This document shows, one piece after another, positions 40,723 through 50,860 of a stretch of DNA of 64,000 nt. The stretch is from an uncultured Saprospiraceae bacterium (GTDB taxonomy: Bacteria; Bacteroidota; Bacteroidia; Chitinophagales; Saprospiraceae), in contig CAYNFR010000011.1 in assembly GCA_964396595.1 (NCBI GenBank), positions 22,848-86,847 on the forward strand, given 5' to 3'. The notes under the pieces were generated by a model that worked only from the letters and a program-made list of their open reading frames with translations, was not told the DNA's origin and made no database searches. The position numbers and the translations under genes are program-made. Position 1 is the first letter of the stretch. Each line of letters begins with the position of its first letter.

Positions 40723-42324
40723 ATGGCTATATTAATATTCATAACACTGACGCTGATTCTGATGAGCATCGGTGGCTATTTATTGTTTCCCAAACTCGAT
40801 TTGCCGGCATGGAAAGGGGCCATACCTGTTTTGCGATGGGTGGAGATTGCCAAGAGAGTCGGTAGATCACCCTTGTATGGTTGGCTCAGTGCTATACCAT
40901 TACTCAACCTCTTTATCATTACTGGGCTATCTTCTGCCCTGGTAAGGTCTTTTGGGAAATTATCGCTTAAGGATACCGCGATCGCTGTATTATATAATCC
41001 CATTGCCTTTTATAAGCTTGCCACAGACAATTCGGCATCTTTTAAAGAACCTGCCATAACCAAGGAAAAAGAATATCAAAACCAGATCATTCAAGCAAAA
41101 AAGGAAGGTCATAGTACCAAAGCCGAAAGACTAGCGACAAATAATCCGTACAAAAAATCCGCTCCTCGTGAGTGGTTTGAGTCGATCGTATTTGCCGTTT
41201 TTGCTGCTGCTTTTATAAGGATGTTTTTTATAGAAGCCTATGTGATACCTACACCTTCTATGGAAGGCACGCTACTCGTAGGTGATTTTCTTTTCGTGAG
41301 CAAGATGAGTTATGGCATCCGAACACCTCAGACCGTTGCGATGGTGCCTCTGTTGCATAATCGCGTACCATTTCTTAACACTGAATCTTATTTTAAAAGC
41401 CCATCACTGCCCTACTTCCGCTTACCGCCACGAAGATTACCGGAACGCAATGACCCTTTTGTTTTTAATTGGCCGGTAGGCGATAGTGTCTATATAACTA
41501 ATCAACGATCATACACTAAGTTTCAAGTAGAGAGCGCGCGCGATGAATATCTCACGCAAGATGGTCAATTACAAGAATTGGTTGCTAAGGAAAAGTACGT
41601 TGTACGGCCACCCGATAAAAAAGATCACTATATAAAACGCTGTGTCGCAATAGCCGGGGATACGCTTCAGATCATTGATGGCGTCGTACATATCAATAGT
41701 GCTAAAGGAGTCCAGCCTCCACATATACAGCACAAATACAGAGTCATCGGAGATATGAACAGTATAAATCCGAAAAAATGGGAAGAGTGGGGCATAGAGA
41801 AAACCGATTTTTGGCAAGATCTCGGTGGCTCCGGGTTTTTCATGGACGCGCAACAAGCTGCAAAAATTAAAGAGGCTGCGCCCAATGCGCAAATTAACCA
41901 AATCATATACATGCCGGATTCAAAGAGGCTTTTCCCCCATGACCCTGAAAATTTTAGAGATTGGTCAGTGGACAACTACGGACCTATATGGATTCCCAAA
42001 GAAGGGGCTACTGTCACCCTGACACCAGAAAATATAGCCCTTTACACCCGAATCATCTCTGTCTATGAAGGAAATAAGTTAGAGATCAATGGAGCTACTT
42101 TTAAAATCAACGATGTCGTTACAGATCAATACACCTTTAAGCAGAATTACTATTGGGCTATGGGTGATAATCGACATAATTCAGAAGATAGTCGGATGTG
42201 GGGATTTGTGCCGTTTGATCATGTCATGGGCAAACCTGCCCTTATTTGGTTAAGCACGAAACAGGCATCGTTTAGAAAAGGAATCAGATGGAATCGCTTA
42301 TTCACCCCCGCAGGTAATCTCTAA
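40723..42324 (+). CDS. lepB: Signal peptidase I (long Bacteroidota form)
   Basis: S26 catalytic boxes: IPTPSMEGT (Ser), KRCVAIAGDTLQI (Lys), YWAMGDNRHNSEDSRMWGFV (GDNR). It has an N-terminal extension with extra TM segments. Confidence 0.85.
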   Translation: MAILIFITLTLILMSIGGYLLFPKLDLPAWKGAIPVLRWVEIAKRVGRSPLYGWLSAIPLLNLFIITGLSSALVRSFGKLSLKDTAIAVLYNPIAFYKLATDNSASFKEPAITKEKEYQNQIIQAKKEGHSTKAERLATNNPYKKSAPREWFESIVFAVFAAAFIRMFFIEAYVIPTPSMEGTLLVGDFLFVSKMSYGIRTPQTVAMVPLLHNRVPFLNTESYFKSPSLPYFRLPPRRLPERNDPFVFNWPVGDSVYITNQRSYTKFQVESARDEYLTQDGQLQELVAKEKYVVRPPDKKDHYIKRCVAIAGDTLQIIDGVVHINSAKGVQPPHIQHKYRVIGDMNSINPKKWEEWGIEKTDFWQDLGGSGFFMDAQQAAKIKEAAPNAQINQIIYMPDSKRLFPHDPENFRDWSVDNYGPIWIPKEGATVTLTPENIALYTRIISVYEGNKLEINGATFKINDVVTDQYTFKQNYYWAMGDNRHNSEDSRMWGFVPFDHVMGKPALIWLSTKQASFRKGIRWNRLFTPAGNL

Positions 42325-43202
42325 TGAATTACAAATACCTGCTTTTTATCTCCGCACTTCTGTCTAGCATTACCTTATCTGGACAATTACCGGCGTCTAA
42401 TTTGTTGATGTTTGACATGAATGCTAACGAACAGGTCGTGCTACTCAAAAATCCGATCCTTCTCACCTCCTTCAATATCGAAGGATACAATAATCAACCC
42501 TCGTTCAGAGATGCAGATCATATTTTGTTCACATCAAATTATGACAATGAAGCAGGGACAGATATATACGAGATCAACTTGTTAAATAAATCTCTCAGAC
42601 GCGTCACTTCAACTGTCGAATCAGAATTTTCCCCTATTGCATATAAACCCGGACACTTTTCTGTTGTCAGCCAAAGTGTCGACAATGAAGGAGACCCGAG
42701 CCAATTATTATGGTCATTTGACCTCTCCAACAAGGTAAATGAGGGCCCCATTTTGACAGATTACAATAATGTCGGGTATTACTGCTGGCTTTCGGATCAT
42801 CTAGTGGCATTATACCTCGTAGGGGAGCCTAATCAGTTAATCGTTCAAGATCTTAATTCTGGCATGAAACATCAGATAGCCACTAACATCAGCCGTAGTT
42901 TCAAACGAGCGCCCGATGGATCCTTAGTGTACCTGAGACGTCTAGGAAATTCATGGAGCTATCACAGATGGGATATCAACGAAAAACGTAGTTCCTTTTT
43001 AGCGCAGTCCAAAGGGAATGAACAAGATTTTGAATTACTCCGCAGTGGAAACCTCATCACTTCTCAAGGGTCTACATTATATATACTCAAAAACAACGAG
43101 AAAGCATGGAGTCCAATATTTGATATGGCAGACTGGTCAGTCAAAAAAATCACGAGAATTGCGTCGTCATTAGACAAAATTGTGATTGTCGTAGAGTTAT
43201 AA
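42324..43202 (+). CDS. Hypothetical secreted protein, possibly a PD40/TolB-like beta-propeller
   Basis: Signal peptide. Repeats resemble PD40 (GTDIYEINLLNKSLRRVTS...SP). The start overlaps the lepB stop (ATGA). Confidence 0.4.
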   Translation: MNYKYLLFISALLSSITLSGQLPASNLLMFDMNANEQVVLLKNPILLTSFNIEGYNNQPSFRDADHILFTSNYDNEAGTDIYEINLLNKSLRRVTSTVESEFSPIAYKPGHFSVVSQSVDNEGDPSQLLWSFDLSNKVNEGPILTDYNNVGYYCWLSDHLVALYLVGEPNQLIVQDLNSGMKHQIATNISRSFKRAPDGSLVYLRRLGNSWSYHRWDINEKRSSFLAQSKGNEQDFELLRSGNLITSQGSTLYILKNNEKAWSPIFDMADWSVKKITRIASSLDKIVIVVEL

Positions 43203-43268
43203 GACGCTAAGCGTAAATATTATACGTTCTTTTAGCATCTCAGGGAGTACTATCATCAAAGGCCGCAG

Positions 43269-45125
43269 ATGTTTCGAAACGCAGTGACTATACTTTTTTT
43301 GATTTTGAATTCCGTTGTAGCCGGTCAAGATCATAGTTATATCCTCAAAATTCATGACCCGTCAGCGCTCGACTTATTAAAAAACAATTTTCCTGATATC
43401 CACATTGAGTCAATATTCGAAGATCTTGATCTGTACATGATCTCTAGCGGTTCTCAGAAGAACTATAGTTTGAAGTCACTTCAGTCCATGAAGGGAGTAA
43501 GCTATATCCACCATGATCTCAAAGCAGAAAAACGCCGTATTCCCAATGATCCACTATTTCCGGAACAATGGTCCTTAAACGTGATAGAAGCAGCCAAAGC
43601 ATGGGATATCAGCACCGGCGGCAAAGCACCCAATGGGGATGATATAGTCGTGGCCATATTTGATGATGGCTATGAAATAGATCATCCTGATTATGCACAA
43701 AATATATGGTATAACGAGGGCGAGATCCCTGATAACGGGGTTGATGACGACGGTAATGGCTTTATCGATGACTATGCCGGATGGAATAGTACCACGTCCA
43801 ATGACGTACACCGTAGGTTGCGACATGGTACATCCGTAGCTGGCATTATTGGTGCAACAGGGAATAATGGTTTTCAAATGGCCGGTCTTAACTGGAATGT
43901 AAAGATGATGCTGACGAGCGCAGGCCGGAATGACTTTATCAATCTATCAGATATCGTTAAGGCATATAATTATATATATACACAACGCAAAATCTACAAC
44001 GAAACGGCCGGAGCAAGGGGGGCCTTTGTTGTCGTGAGCAACTATTCAGGGGGTGCAGAAAATCTTTTCCCGGAAGACTTTCCAGCCTGGTGTGAAGTTT
44101 ATGATGCACTGGGCAGCGTAGGCATCCTAAGTGTCACCTCGGCGCCTAACAAAAATGTAAATGTCGAAGAAGTCGGCGACCTACCCACTTTATGCACCTC
44201 TCCATATTTAATAGTGGTAACCAACTCTGATCGCCAAGATAATAAAGTGCAAAACGCCGGTTGGGGTACCACCTCTATAGACATAGCAGCTCCCGGAGAT
44301 GGCATTCTCACAACAACGATCAATCAACAGATCACCAATGATTTCCCTGGAGCAAGCGCCTCTGCACCTCATGTAACAGGTACCATATCATTGATGTACT
44401 CCATCCTCTGCGAAGATGCTTTCGAGCAAGCGCTGACCAATCCCACTGCGATAGCGAATATTATGAGAAAAGCTGTATTCGACGGAGGAGAGGAAATTTT
44501 CGGCTTACGCCAATACACCGTCACAGGTAAGAGGCTTAATACATATAAAAGTGTTCAGCTCATAAAGAACACCATTGGCGATTGCTGTCAAATCAATCTC
44601 AATAACAAAACAATTAAGGAAGAAAGTTGTCAAGGAGCATCCGACATTGCGTTTACACTTAATATTAGTAGCAGAGATATTAAAGGAAATCTCATTTTTA
44701 GCTTGACCAAAGATAATCAGGAAAGAAGAACAACCGATAGTATCTTCCAGAACCTCGAAGCCGGTAATTACCAATTGAGAATTTTCGATTCCGCAGATCA
44801 AAGTTGTTCTTATGAACAAAATATTTTTTTCGAAGAGAATACCGAGCCATGCCCTTTTGGGGAGTTCGGTATAGAAAGTATCAATCCCAATCCCTCGCGA
44901 GATTTCATCAGTGTGCGATATAATCTAAGCGAACAACAACTAGTTAATGTGTTGTTATACAACAATCTAGGACAAAAAGTATATCACCAAATCATCAATC
45001 CGGAACTCTCTCAGATCAGGACGCACGATATCAATGTGAGTCATCTTCCTCCGGGAGTGTATTATGTAAGCCTACAAGCTACTTACATTACATCAACAAG
45101 AAAGATTCTTGTTATAAATCGCTAA
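43269..45125 (+). CDS. S8-family subtilisin-like serine peptidase with a T9SS C-terminal sorting domain
   Basis: Catalytic triad blocks: DDGYEIDHPDY (Asp), HGTSVAGIIG (His), ASASAPHVTG (Ser). The C-terminal ~80 aa is a T9SS sorting domain (INPNPSRDF...GVYYVSL...KILVI). Confidence 0.85.
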   Translation: MFRNAVTILFLILNSVVAGQDHSYILKIHDPSALDLLKNNFPDIHIESIFEDLDLYMISSGSQKNYSLKSLQSMKGVSYIHHDLKAEKRRIPNDPLFPEQWSLNVIEAAKAWDISTGGKAPNGDDIVVAIFDDGYEIDHPDYAQNIWYNEGEIPDNGVDDDGNGFIDDYAGWNSTTSNDVHRRLRHGTSVAGIIGATGNNGFQMAGLNWNVKMMLTSAGRNDFINLSDIVKAYNYIYTQRKIYNETAGARGAFVVVSNYSGGAENLFPEDFPAWCEVYDALGSVGILSVTSAPNKNVNVEEVGDLPTLCTSPYLIVVTNSDRQDNKVQNAGWGTTSIDIAAPGDGILTTTINQQITNDFPGASASAPHVTGTISLMYSILCEDAFEQALTNPTAIANIMRKAVFDGGEEIFGLRQYTVTGKRLNTYKSVQLIKNTIGDCCQINLNNKTIKEESCQGASDIAFTLNISSRDIKGNLIFSLTKDNQERRTTDSIFQNLEAGNYQLRIFDSADQSCSYEQNIFFEENTEPCPFGEFGIESINPNPSRDFISVRYNLSEQQLVNVLLYNNLGQKVYHQIINPELSQIRTHDINVSHLPPGVYYVSLQATYITSTRKILVINR

Positions 45126-45166
45126 GCATTTAAAATAAAATATTGTATTTTTGCCGCCCGTTAGTA

Positions 45167-45240
45167 GGCTCCGTAGTTCAATTGGATAGAATACCTGACT
45201 ACGGATCAGGCGGTTGGAGGTTCGAATCCTCCCGGAGTCA
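45167..45240 (+). tRNA. tRNA-Arg (anticodon ACG)
   Basis: Cloverleaf folded by hand: acceptor GGCTCCG/CGGAGTC (one G-U pair), D-stem gttc/gaat, anticodon stem cctga/tcagg with loop ctACGga, T-arm ggagg-ttcgaat-cctcc. No CCA is encoded. Confidence 0.85.
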
Positions 45241-45269
45241 CAGATAAAGAATTAATAAAAAGGAAGCAA

Positions 45270-45521
45270 ATGTCAAAGGTTTGTCCACTTACAGGAAAAA
45301 GACCGATCGTCGGAAACCACGTTTCTCACTCGAATCGGAAGACTAAAAGAAGATTTGAACCGAATCTTCAAAAGAAGAGATTTTTCGTGCCTGAACTCGA
45401 AAAATGGATCACTCTTCGTATCAGCACAGCCGCCTTGCGAAATATCGACAAGTATGGTATTTATGATTACTTAAAAAAGCTTGAAGGAAAAGGAGTCAAT
45501 ACAGGTGTTGATTTGTCTTAA
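45270..45521 (+). CDS. rpmB: 50S ribosomal protein L28
   Basis: MSKVCPLTGKRPIVGNHVSHSNRKTKRRFEPNLQ is canonical L28. Confidence 0.9.
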   Translation: MSKVCPLTGKRPIVGNHVSHSNRKTKRRFEPNLQKKRFFVPELEKWITLRISTAALRNIDKYGIYDYLKKLEGKGVNTGVDLS

Positions 45522-45542
45522 CCATCTATAAATAATTAAGCA

Positions 45543-45731
45543 ATGGCAAAGAAATCTAAAGACAACAGGTCACAGATCATACTAGAATGTACCGAGCACA
45601 AAGCAAGCGGAATGCCCGGAACTTCTCGATATGTTACACAAAAAAATAGAAAAAATACGCCTGACAGATTAGAGATTAAGAAATATAATCCTATATTGAA
45701 GCGTTATACGATTCACAAAGAAATAAAGTAA
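45543..45731 (+). CDS. rpmG: 50S ribosomal protein L33
   Basis: [20 protein letters not shown]...[33 protein letters not shown] is canonical L33. Confidence 0.9.
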   Translation: MAKKSKDNRSQIILECTEHKASGMPGTSRYVTQKNRKNTPDRLEIKKYNPILKRYTIHKEIK

Positions 45732-45732
45732 A

Positions 45733-45909
45733 ATGGCTAAAGTATCAAAGAACGCGCGCGTTGCGCAAAGAGCTCAAAATGCTGGTTCCGGAAGGGACTT
45801 TGTAAAGGTTGTTACTAGTGTAAAAAATCCAGCTTCTGGTAAATATTCGTATAAGGAAGTGATGATACACAAGGATAAAGTGCAAGAGTTTCTTGCAGCG
45901 AATAAATAA
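45733..45909 (+). CDS. DUF4295 family small protein (58 aa). It is below the ORF-track length cutoff.
   Basis: MAKVSKNARVAQRAQNAGSGRDFVKVVTSVKNPASGKYSYKEVMIHKDKVQEFLAANK. The start is 1 nt after the rpmG stop. Position and sequence match the Bacteroidota rpmB-rpmG-DUF4295-ftsY cluster. Confidence 0.6.
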   Translation: MAKVSKNARVAQRAQNAGSGRDFVKVVTSVKNPASGKYSYKEVMIHKDKVQEFLAANK

Positions 45910-45936
45910 GATAAATACCGAGAGATTATATTTATA

Positions 45937-45975
45937 GGGGCTTTTCTATCTCGTATAGAAAGGCCTTTTTCTTTT
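45937..45975 (+). terminator. Rho-independent terminator after the rpmB-rpmG-DUF4295 operon
   Basis: ggcttttctat-ctcgt-atagaaaggcc is followed by tttttctttt. Confidence 0.6.
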
Positions 45976-46039
45976 AGTACTTTTACATGTAGGTTTATAC
46001 GTTCAGTAAAAAAGGACTAACCGCCATAAATCCCTAGAT

Positions 46040-46993
46040 ATGAGCTTTTTTAAAAAATTTTTTACTAAGAATAAAGAAGAAGAACTTAATGAAGGCCTAG
46101 TAAAGACCAAGACCGGTCTGTTCGAAAAAATCGGCAAAGCAGTAGCCGGAAAATCAACCGTAGACGAAAGCTTCCTTGACGAGCTTGAAGAAATACTCGT
46201 TAGTTCTGATGTAGGACTTGACACCACCGTTAAGATCATAGACAGACTCGAAAAAAAGGTCGCACAAGACAAATATCTCAATACAGAAGAACTAAATGAC
46301 ATCTTAAAAAATGTCATCATCAATCTGCTAGAAGAAAACAACACATCAGATACCGAAGACTTTGTCATCCCCGAAGACAACAAACCACACGTCATCCTAG
46401 TAGTGGGTGTAAATGGCACCGGAAAAACAACATCAATAGGCAAGCTTGCCCACCAGTTCACACAAAGAGGGCATAAAGTCGTTCTCGGCGCAGCTGATAC
46501 GTTTAGGGCTGCTGCCGTGCATCAGCTCAAGATTTGGTCTGAGCGCGTAGGTTGCGACTTCTATGACAAAGGTATGAATGCTGATCCTGCCGCTGTCGCA
46601 TACGAAACCGTACAATACGGCATTAATAATGGTTGCGACATAATCATCATTGATACAGCAGGCAGACTACATACAAAGCTCTATCTGATGAAAGAACTCA
46701 CCAAAATAAAAACATCCATCAGTAAAAAACTGCCCAGTGCACCTCATGAAGTGATGCTAGTCTTAGATGCTACCAATGGGCAAAATGCAATCGAACAAGC
46801 AAAAGCCTTTACCGAAGCAACTGAGGTCACTTGCATGACCCTCACTAAACTTGATGGCACTGCTAAAGGAGGGGTGGCTATAGGCATATCAGACCAGTTT
46901 AAAATACCTATTAAATACATCGGCGTAGGAGAAGGTATCAACCAGCTACAAGTATTTAACAAGCGAGCCTTTGTTGAGAGCCTCTTTTCATGA
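46040..46993 (+). CDS. ftsY: Signal recognition particle receptor FtsY
   Basis: Acidic N-terminal region, GVNGTGKTTSIGKLA (G1), DTAGR (G3), TKLDGTAKGG (G4). Confidence 0.9.
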   Translation: MSFFKKFFTKNKEEELNEGLVKTKTGLFEKIGKAVAGKSTVDESFLDELEEILVSSDVGLDTTVKIIDRLEKKVAQDKYLNTEELNDILKNVIINLLEENNTSDTEDFVIPEDNKPHVILVVGVNGTGKTTSIGKLAHQFTQRGHKVVLGAADTFRAAAVHQLKIWSERVGCDFYDKGMNADPAAVAYETVQYGINNGCDIIIIDTAGRLHTKLYLMKELTKIKTSISKKLPSAPHEVMLVLDATNGQNAIEQAKAFTEATEVTCMTLTKLDGTAKGGVAIGISDQFKIPIKYIGVGEGINQLQVFNKRAFVESLFS

Positions 46994-47118
46994 TCGTACC
47001 TATTCAAGCTCCTCAGGCTCTGACTAGCAGATAAACTATGTTAATAATCTACTAAAGAGGAGTATATTTATATACTTACACCCTAATCAATCGTCTTATA
47101 TTAACAAACGATCAGATC

Positions 47119-47505
47119 ATGCGAACATTAACGCTACTTTTATTCATGTTCCCATTGGCTATGATGGCACAAGATGGAACTGAAATAGTAAAAATTAACT
47201 CTCTAACACAACATCTTGGTTCTATTTCCAAGGGTTCTTTGGTGGATGGTGCATTCGAGTTTGTGAATATAAGCAAGGAAGATATCCAGATTGATTTCGT
47301 TTCTACTTGCGATTGTACTACAGCTACTTGGACAAGAGGTAAAATCACGCCGGGAGAAAAGGGGGAAATCAGATATACCTTCGATAGCTCATCCAAGGAG
47401 AATGAAGAGACGCTTGATATCGATGTTTACTTTAAAAACAAAAATCCTAAGAAAGGTAATCCGTACAGTCTGTTCCTTTCATACACCTATACATGGGCTA
47501 ATTAG
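47119..47505 (+). CDS. DUF1573 domain-containing secreted protein
   Basis: Signal peptide plus the DUF1573 hallmark STCDCTT and a beta-rich ~100-aa domain. Confidence 0.55.
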   Translation: MRTLTLLLFMFPLAMMAQDGTEIVKINSLTQHLGSISKGSLVDGAFEFVNISKEDIQIDFVSTCDCTTATWTRGKITPGEKGEIRYTFDSSSKENEETLDIDVYFKNKNPKKGNPYSLFLSYTYTWAN

Positions 47506-47523
47506 AAAAAGATTAGTAGGAGA

Positions 47524-49323
47524 CTATCCACCTTCACTGAGTTTGAGAACTTCCAAGAATGCTTTTTGGGGTACCTGGACTGAACCGATCTGACGCATCT
47601 TCTTTTTACCCTTTTTCTGTTTCTCTAACAACTTGCGTTTACGAGAAATGTCACCGCCATAACACTTTGCCGTTACGTCTTTACGAAGGGCAGAGATCGT
47701 TTCTCTCGCAATAATTTTAGCACCTACAGCAGCCTGAATAGCAATCATAAATTGCTGTCTAGGTAAAAGCTCCTTGAGGCGAACACATATATGTCTTCCG
47801 AAGCTCTCCGCCTTGGTCTTGTGAACAAGCGAGCTCAGTGCGTCAACCGATTCGCTATTCAGCTTAATATCTAGCTTAACAAGATCTGATGCCCGATAAT
47901 CAATAAGGTAATAATCGAACGAAGCATAACCACGCGTAATAGACTTCAAGCGGTCATAAAAATCAAAAACAATCTCCGCCAGAGGTAACTCAAATGACAA
48001 CTCTACGCGCTCAGTAGTCAGGTACGATTGATTGATCAAAATACCCCGCTTCTCCATACATAGCGTCATGATAATTCCGATATACTCCGGCTTACTGATG
48101 ATCTGCGCGCGTATATAGGGCTCCTCTACCCTATCTATCAATGTAGGATCCGGTAAATCAGAAGGCGTATTAATCAGTAGTTCCACCCCTTTCTTGGTGT
48201 AAGCTTTATACGAGACATTCGGAACAGTCGTGATTACCTCTTGATCAAACTCTCGAGATAATCTTTCTTGAATAATCTCAAGATGGAGCATACCCAAAAA
48301 TCCACATCGAAAGCCAAAGCCTAAGGCAACAGAAGTCTCCGGCTCAAACACGAGTGATGCATCATTGAGCTGCAATTTTTCTAAACTATCCCTGAGATCC
48401 TCAAAATCTTCATTCTCTATCGGGTATATTCCAGCGAATACCATTGGCTTGACATTCTCAAATCCCTCAATTCCCTTTTCACAAGGGTTAAGAGCGGAAG
48501 TAACAGTGTCTCCTACTTTGATCTCTTTTGACTCTTTGATTCCAGTGATGATATAACCTACATTGCCTGCTTCGAGAGATTGTTTAGGAACTTGATTTAA
48601 TTGCAATACACCGATTTCGTCAGCATGGTATTCTTTACCTGTATTGAAGAAGCGCACTTTCTCTCCTTTTTTTATCGAACCATTAATGATTCTAAAGTAC
48701 GCAATTACACCGCGAAACGAATTGAATACGGAGTCAAATATTAAAGCTTGCAGCGGAGCTGCCGGGTCACCCTTCGGAGCAGGGATACGTTCCACCACCG
48801 CTGCCAATATGTCCTGCACGCCTATACCTGTCTTACCACTGGCATGTATAATATCTTCCAATTTACAGCCGATGAGGTCAATAATCTGATCTGAGACCTC
48901 TTCAATCATCGCGCTTTCCATGTCTACCTTATTCAGGATAGGAATGATTTCGAGATCGTGCTCTATGGCCAAGTACAAATTGGATATGGTCTGCGCTTGA
49001 ATACCTTGAGAAGCATCCACCAGTAATAATGCTCCCTCACATGCAGCAATTGATCTGGATACCTCGTAGGAAAAATCTACGTGACCCGGAGTATCTATAA
49101 GATTGAGGGTGTATAGCTCACCATCCGTATGCGTGTAATACATCTGTATAGCGTGACTCTTAATGGTAATTCCTCTTTCTCTTTCGAGATCCATATCATC
49201 AAGCGCTTGATGTTTCATCTCCCTCTCTGAAATCGTTTTTGTCTCTTCTAGGAGTCGATCAGACAAGGTACTTTTTCCGTGATCTATATGAGCTATAACA
49301 CAAAAGTTGCGAATCCGCTTCAT
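47524..49323 (-). CDS. lepA: Elongation factor 4 (LepA)
   Basis: [29 protein letters not shown], and the LepA-specific C-terminal domain. Length is 599 aa. Confidence 0.95.
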   Translation of the reverse strand: MKRIRNFCVIAHIDHGKSTLSDRLLEETKTISEREMKHQALDDMDLERERGITIKSHAIQMYYTHTDGELYTLNLIDTPGHVDFSYEVSRSIAACEGALLLVDASQGIQAQTISNLYLAIEHDLEIIPILNKVDMESAMIEEVSDQIIDLIGCKLEDIIHASGKTGIGVQDILAAVVERIPAPKGDPAAPLQALIFDSVFNSFRGVIAYFRIINGSIKKGEKVRFFNTGKEYHADEIGVLQLNQVPKQSLEAGNVGYIITGIKESKEIKVGDTVTSALNPCEKGIEGFENVKPMVFAGIYPIENEDFEDLRDSLEKLQLNDASLVFEPETSVALGFGFRCGFLGMLHLEIIQERLSREFDQEVITTVPNVSYKAYTKKGVELLINTPSDLPDPTLIDRVEEPYIRAQIISKPEYIGIIMTLCMEKRGILINQSYLTTERVELSFELPLAEIVFDFYDRLKSITRGYASFDYYLIDYRASDLVKLDIKLNSESVDALSSLVHKTKAESFGRHICVRLKELLPRQQFMIAIQAAVGAKIIARETISALRKDVTAKCYGGDISRKRKLLEKQKKGKKKMRQIGSVQVPQKAFLEVLKLSEGG

Positions 49324-49456
49324 CTATTAATAATTGGCTGCAAATATAGCTTATTGGCAGTTAAGCCATTCCTCACTTTTAAGAAACAATAAAACGATCG
49401 AATAGTTGGATTCATGTCATCCTGGATATTTATTTACTAAATCATCAGACATGGCT

Positions 49457-49476
49457 TGTGTAACCTAAGTTACACA
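49457..49476. promoter_or_regulatory. Candidate operator: inverted repeat TGTGTAAC-N4-GTTACACA in the divergent lepA / oxidoreductase intergenic region
   Basis: Perfect 8-bp arms, about 65 bp upstream of the 49543 start codon. Confidence 0.25.
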
Positions 49477-49542
49477 TTCTGTGAAGCTAAGTTTATATCT
49501 TGACCCTGATTCAAAGATATTTCAAGACTTAACAATACTTTT

Positions 49543-50811
49543 ATGAAAAGCGCACATTTTCAAGTAGTTATCGTGGGAGGGGGCACAGGTGGCATGATGA
49601 CTGCGTCTCAAATACTCAAAAAAGATCCCTCTATTAAACTTGCGATTATTGACCCCGCAGAATATCACTATTACCAAGCAGCATGGACACTTGTAGGCGC
49701 CGGCACCTATGAATTCGATAAAACAAAAAAGTCGATGTCTGAACTTATCCCCAAAAACGGTACGTGGCTGCAAGAAAAGGTCGAACGAATCGATCCGGTT
49801 AACAATATGGTCTATTTGAGCAGTAATGATGTCGTACTTTATGACTTTCTGGTTCTATCTCCCGGTCTTGTTTATGATTATAGCTTGATACAAGGTCTGG
49901 AAGAAGCACTTCATAAAGATAATGTGGTAAGTAATTATCTAGATCCCGATAAAACATGGAAAGCACTCCGGCAAATAAAAGGTGGTAATATAGTTTATAC
50001 CCAGCCCAAAACGCCTATCAAATGTGGCGGCGCTCCTCAAAAAGCAGCTTACATGGGCGCGGACTATCTCAGAAAAAAAGGATTACTTAAATCGTCTAAT
50101 GTCATACTTGCGACACCAGGTACCGTCATATTCGGAATTAAGGTCATAGCAGACTCACTGAATAAAGCTATTGCACGTTATGGTATCCACTTCCGAACCT
50201 ACTACCAACCAGTTAAGATCGACAGCGAGAAGAACACCATTACCTTCCGTTATCTCTCTGACCCGAGTAGTATTGCAACAGTGATGAATAGTAAAGGGGA
50301 TATCGGAGAAACACAATCGGATAACCAAGAAATCACTATTCCATATAATTTCTTGCATATAGCCCCACCGCAGAAAGCACCGGAATTCATAACTGAGTCT
50401 GGATTGGACAATCAAAGCGGATGGATAGATGTTGATAAACATAGCTTACAACACACTAGATACACTAATATATTCGGCATCGGTGATGCCGCAGGTCTTC
50501 CTACAGCGAAAACCGGCGCAGCCATCCGAAAACAAGTACCAGTAGTAGTGGACAATGTGATCCGTAGGATAAATAAAATGTCTGATGGCACGAAGTCCTA
50601 TAATGGCTATTCTTCTTGCCCATTGGTCACAGGATATGGCAAAATGGTCTTAGCGGAATTCGATTATGACAATAATTTCACGCCCGATCCAGAGCTTAAA
50701 AAGATGCTGATATTTGATAGTGCGAAGGAGCATTGGCGACTTTGGGTTCTTAAAAAGTACATTCTTCCCTATCTATATTGGCACAAAATGATGAAGGGAA
50801 TTGATGTGTAA
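49543..50811 (+). CDS. FAD-dependent pyridine-nucleotide-disulfide-family oxidoreductase (sulfide:quinone oxidoreductase-like)
   Basis: N-terminal FAD Rossmann VVIVGGGTGG. A second dinucleotide-binding region and the C-terminal IFGIGDAAG motif are typical of the SQR/FCSD family. Confidence 0.5.
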   Translation: MKSAHFQVVIVGGGTGGMMTASQILKKDPSIKLAIIDPAEYHYYQAAWTLVGAGTYEFDKTKKSMSELIPKNGTWLQEKVERIDPVNNMVYLSSNDVVLYDFLVLSPGLVYDYSLIQGLEEALHKDNVVSNYLDPDKTWKALRQIKGGNIVYTQPKTPIKCGGAPQKAAYMGADYLRKKGLLKSSNVILATPGTVIFGIKVIADSLNKAIARYGIHFRTYYQPVKIDSEKNTITFRYLSDPSSIATVMNSKGDIGETQSDNQEITIPYNFLHIAPPQKAPEFITESGLDNQSGWIDVDKHSLQHTRYTNIFGIGDAAGLPTAKTGAAIRKQVPVVVDNVIRRINKMSDGTKSYNGYSSCPLVTGYGKMVLAEFDYDNNFTPDPELKKMLIFDSAKEHWRLWVLKKYILPYLYWHKMMKGIDV

Positions 50812-50860
50812 TTACTAGATTTGGCTGTTTATTAATTTCAGCCCATATCGTAAGCATACT

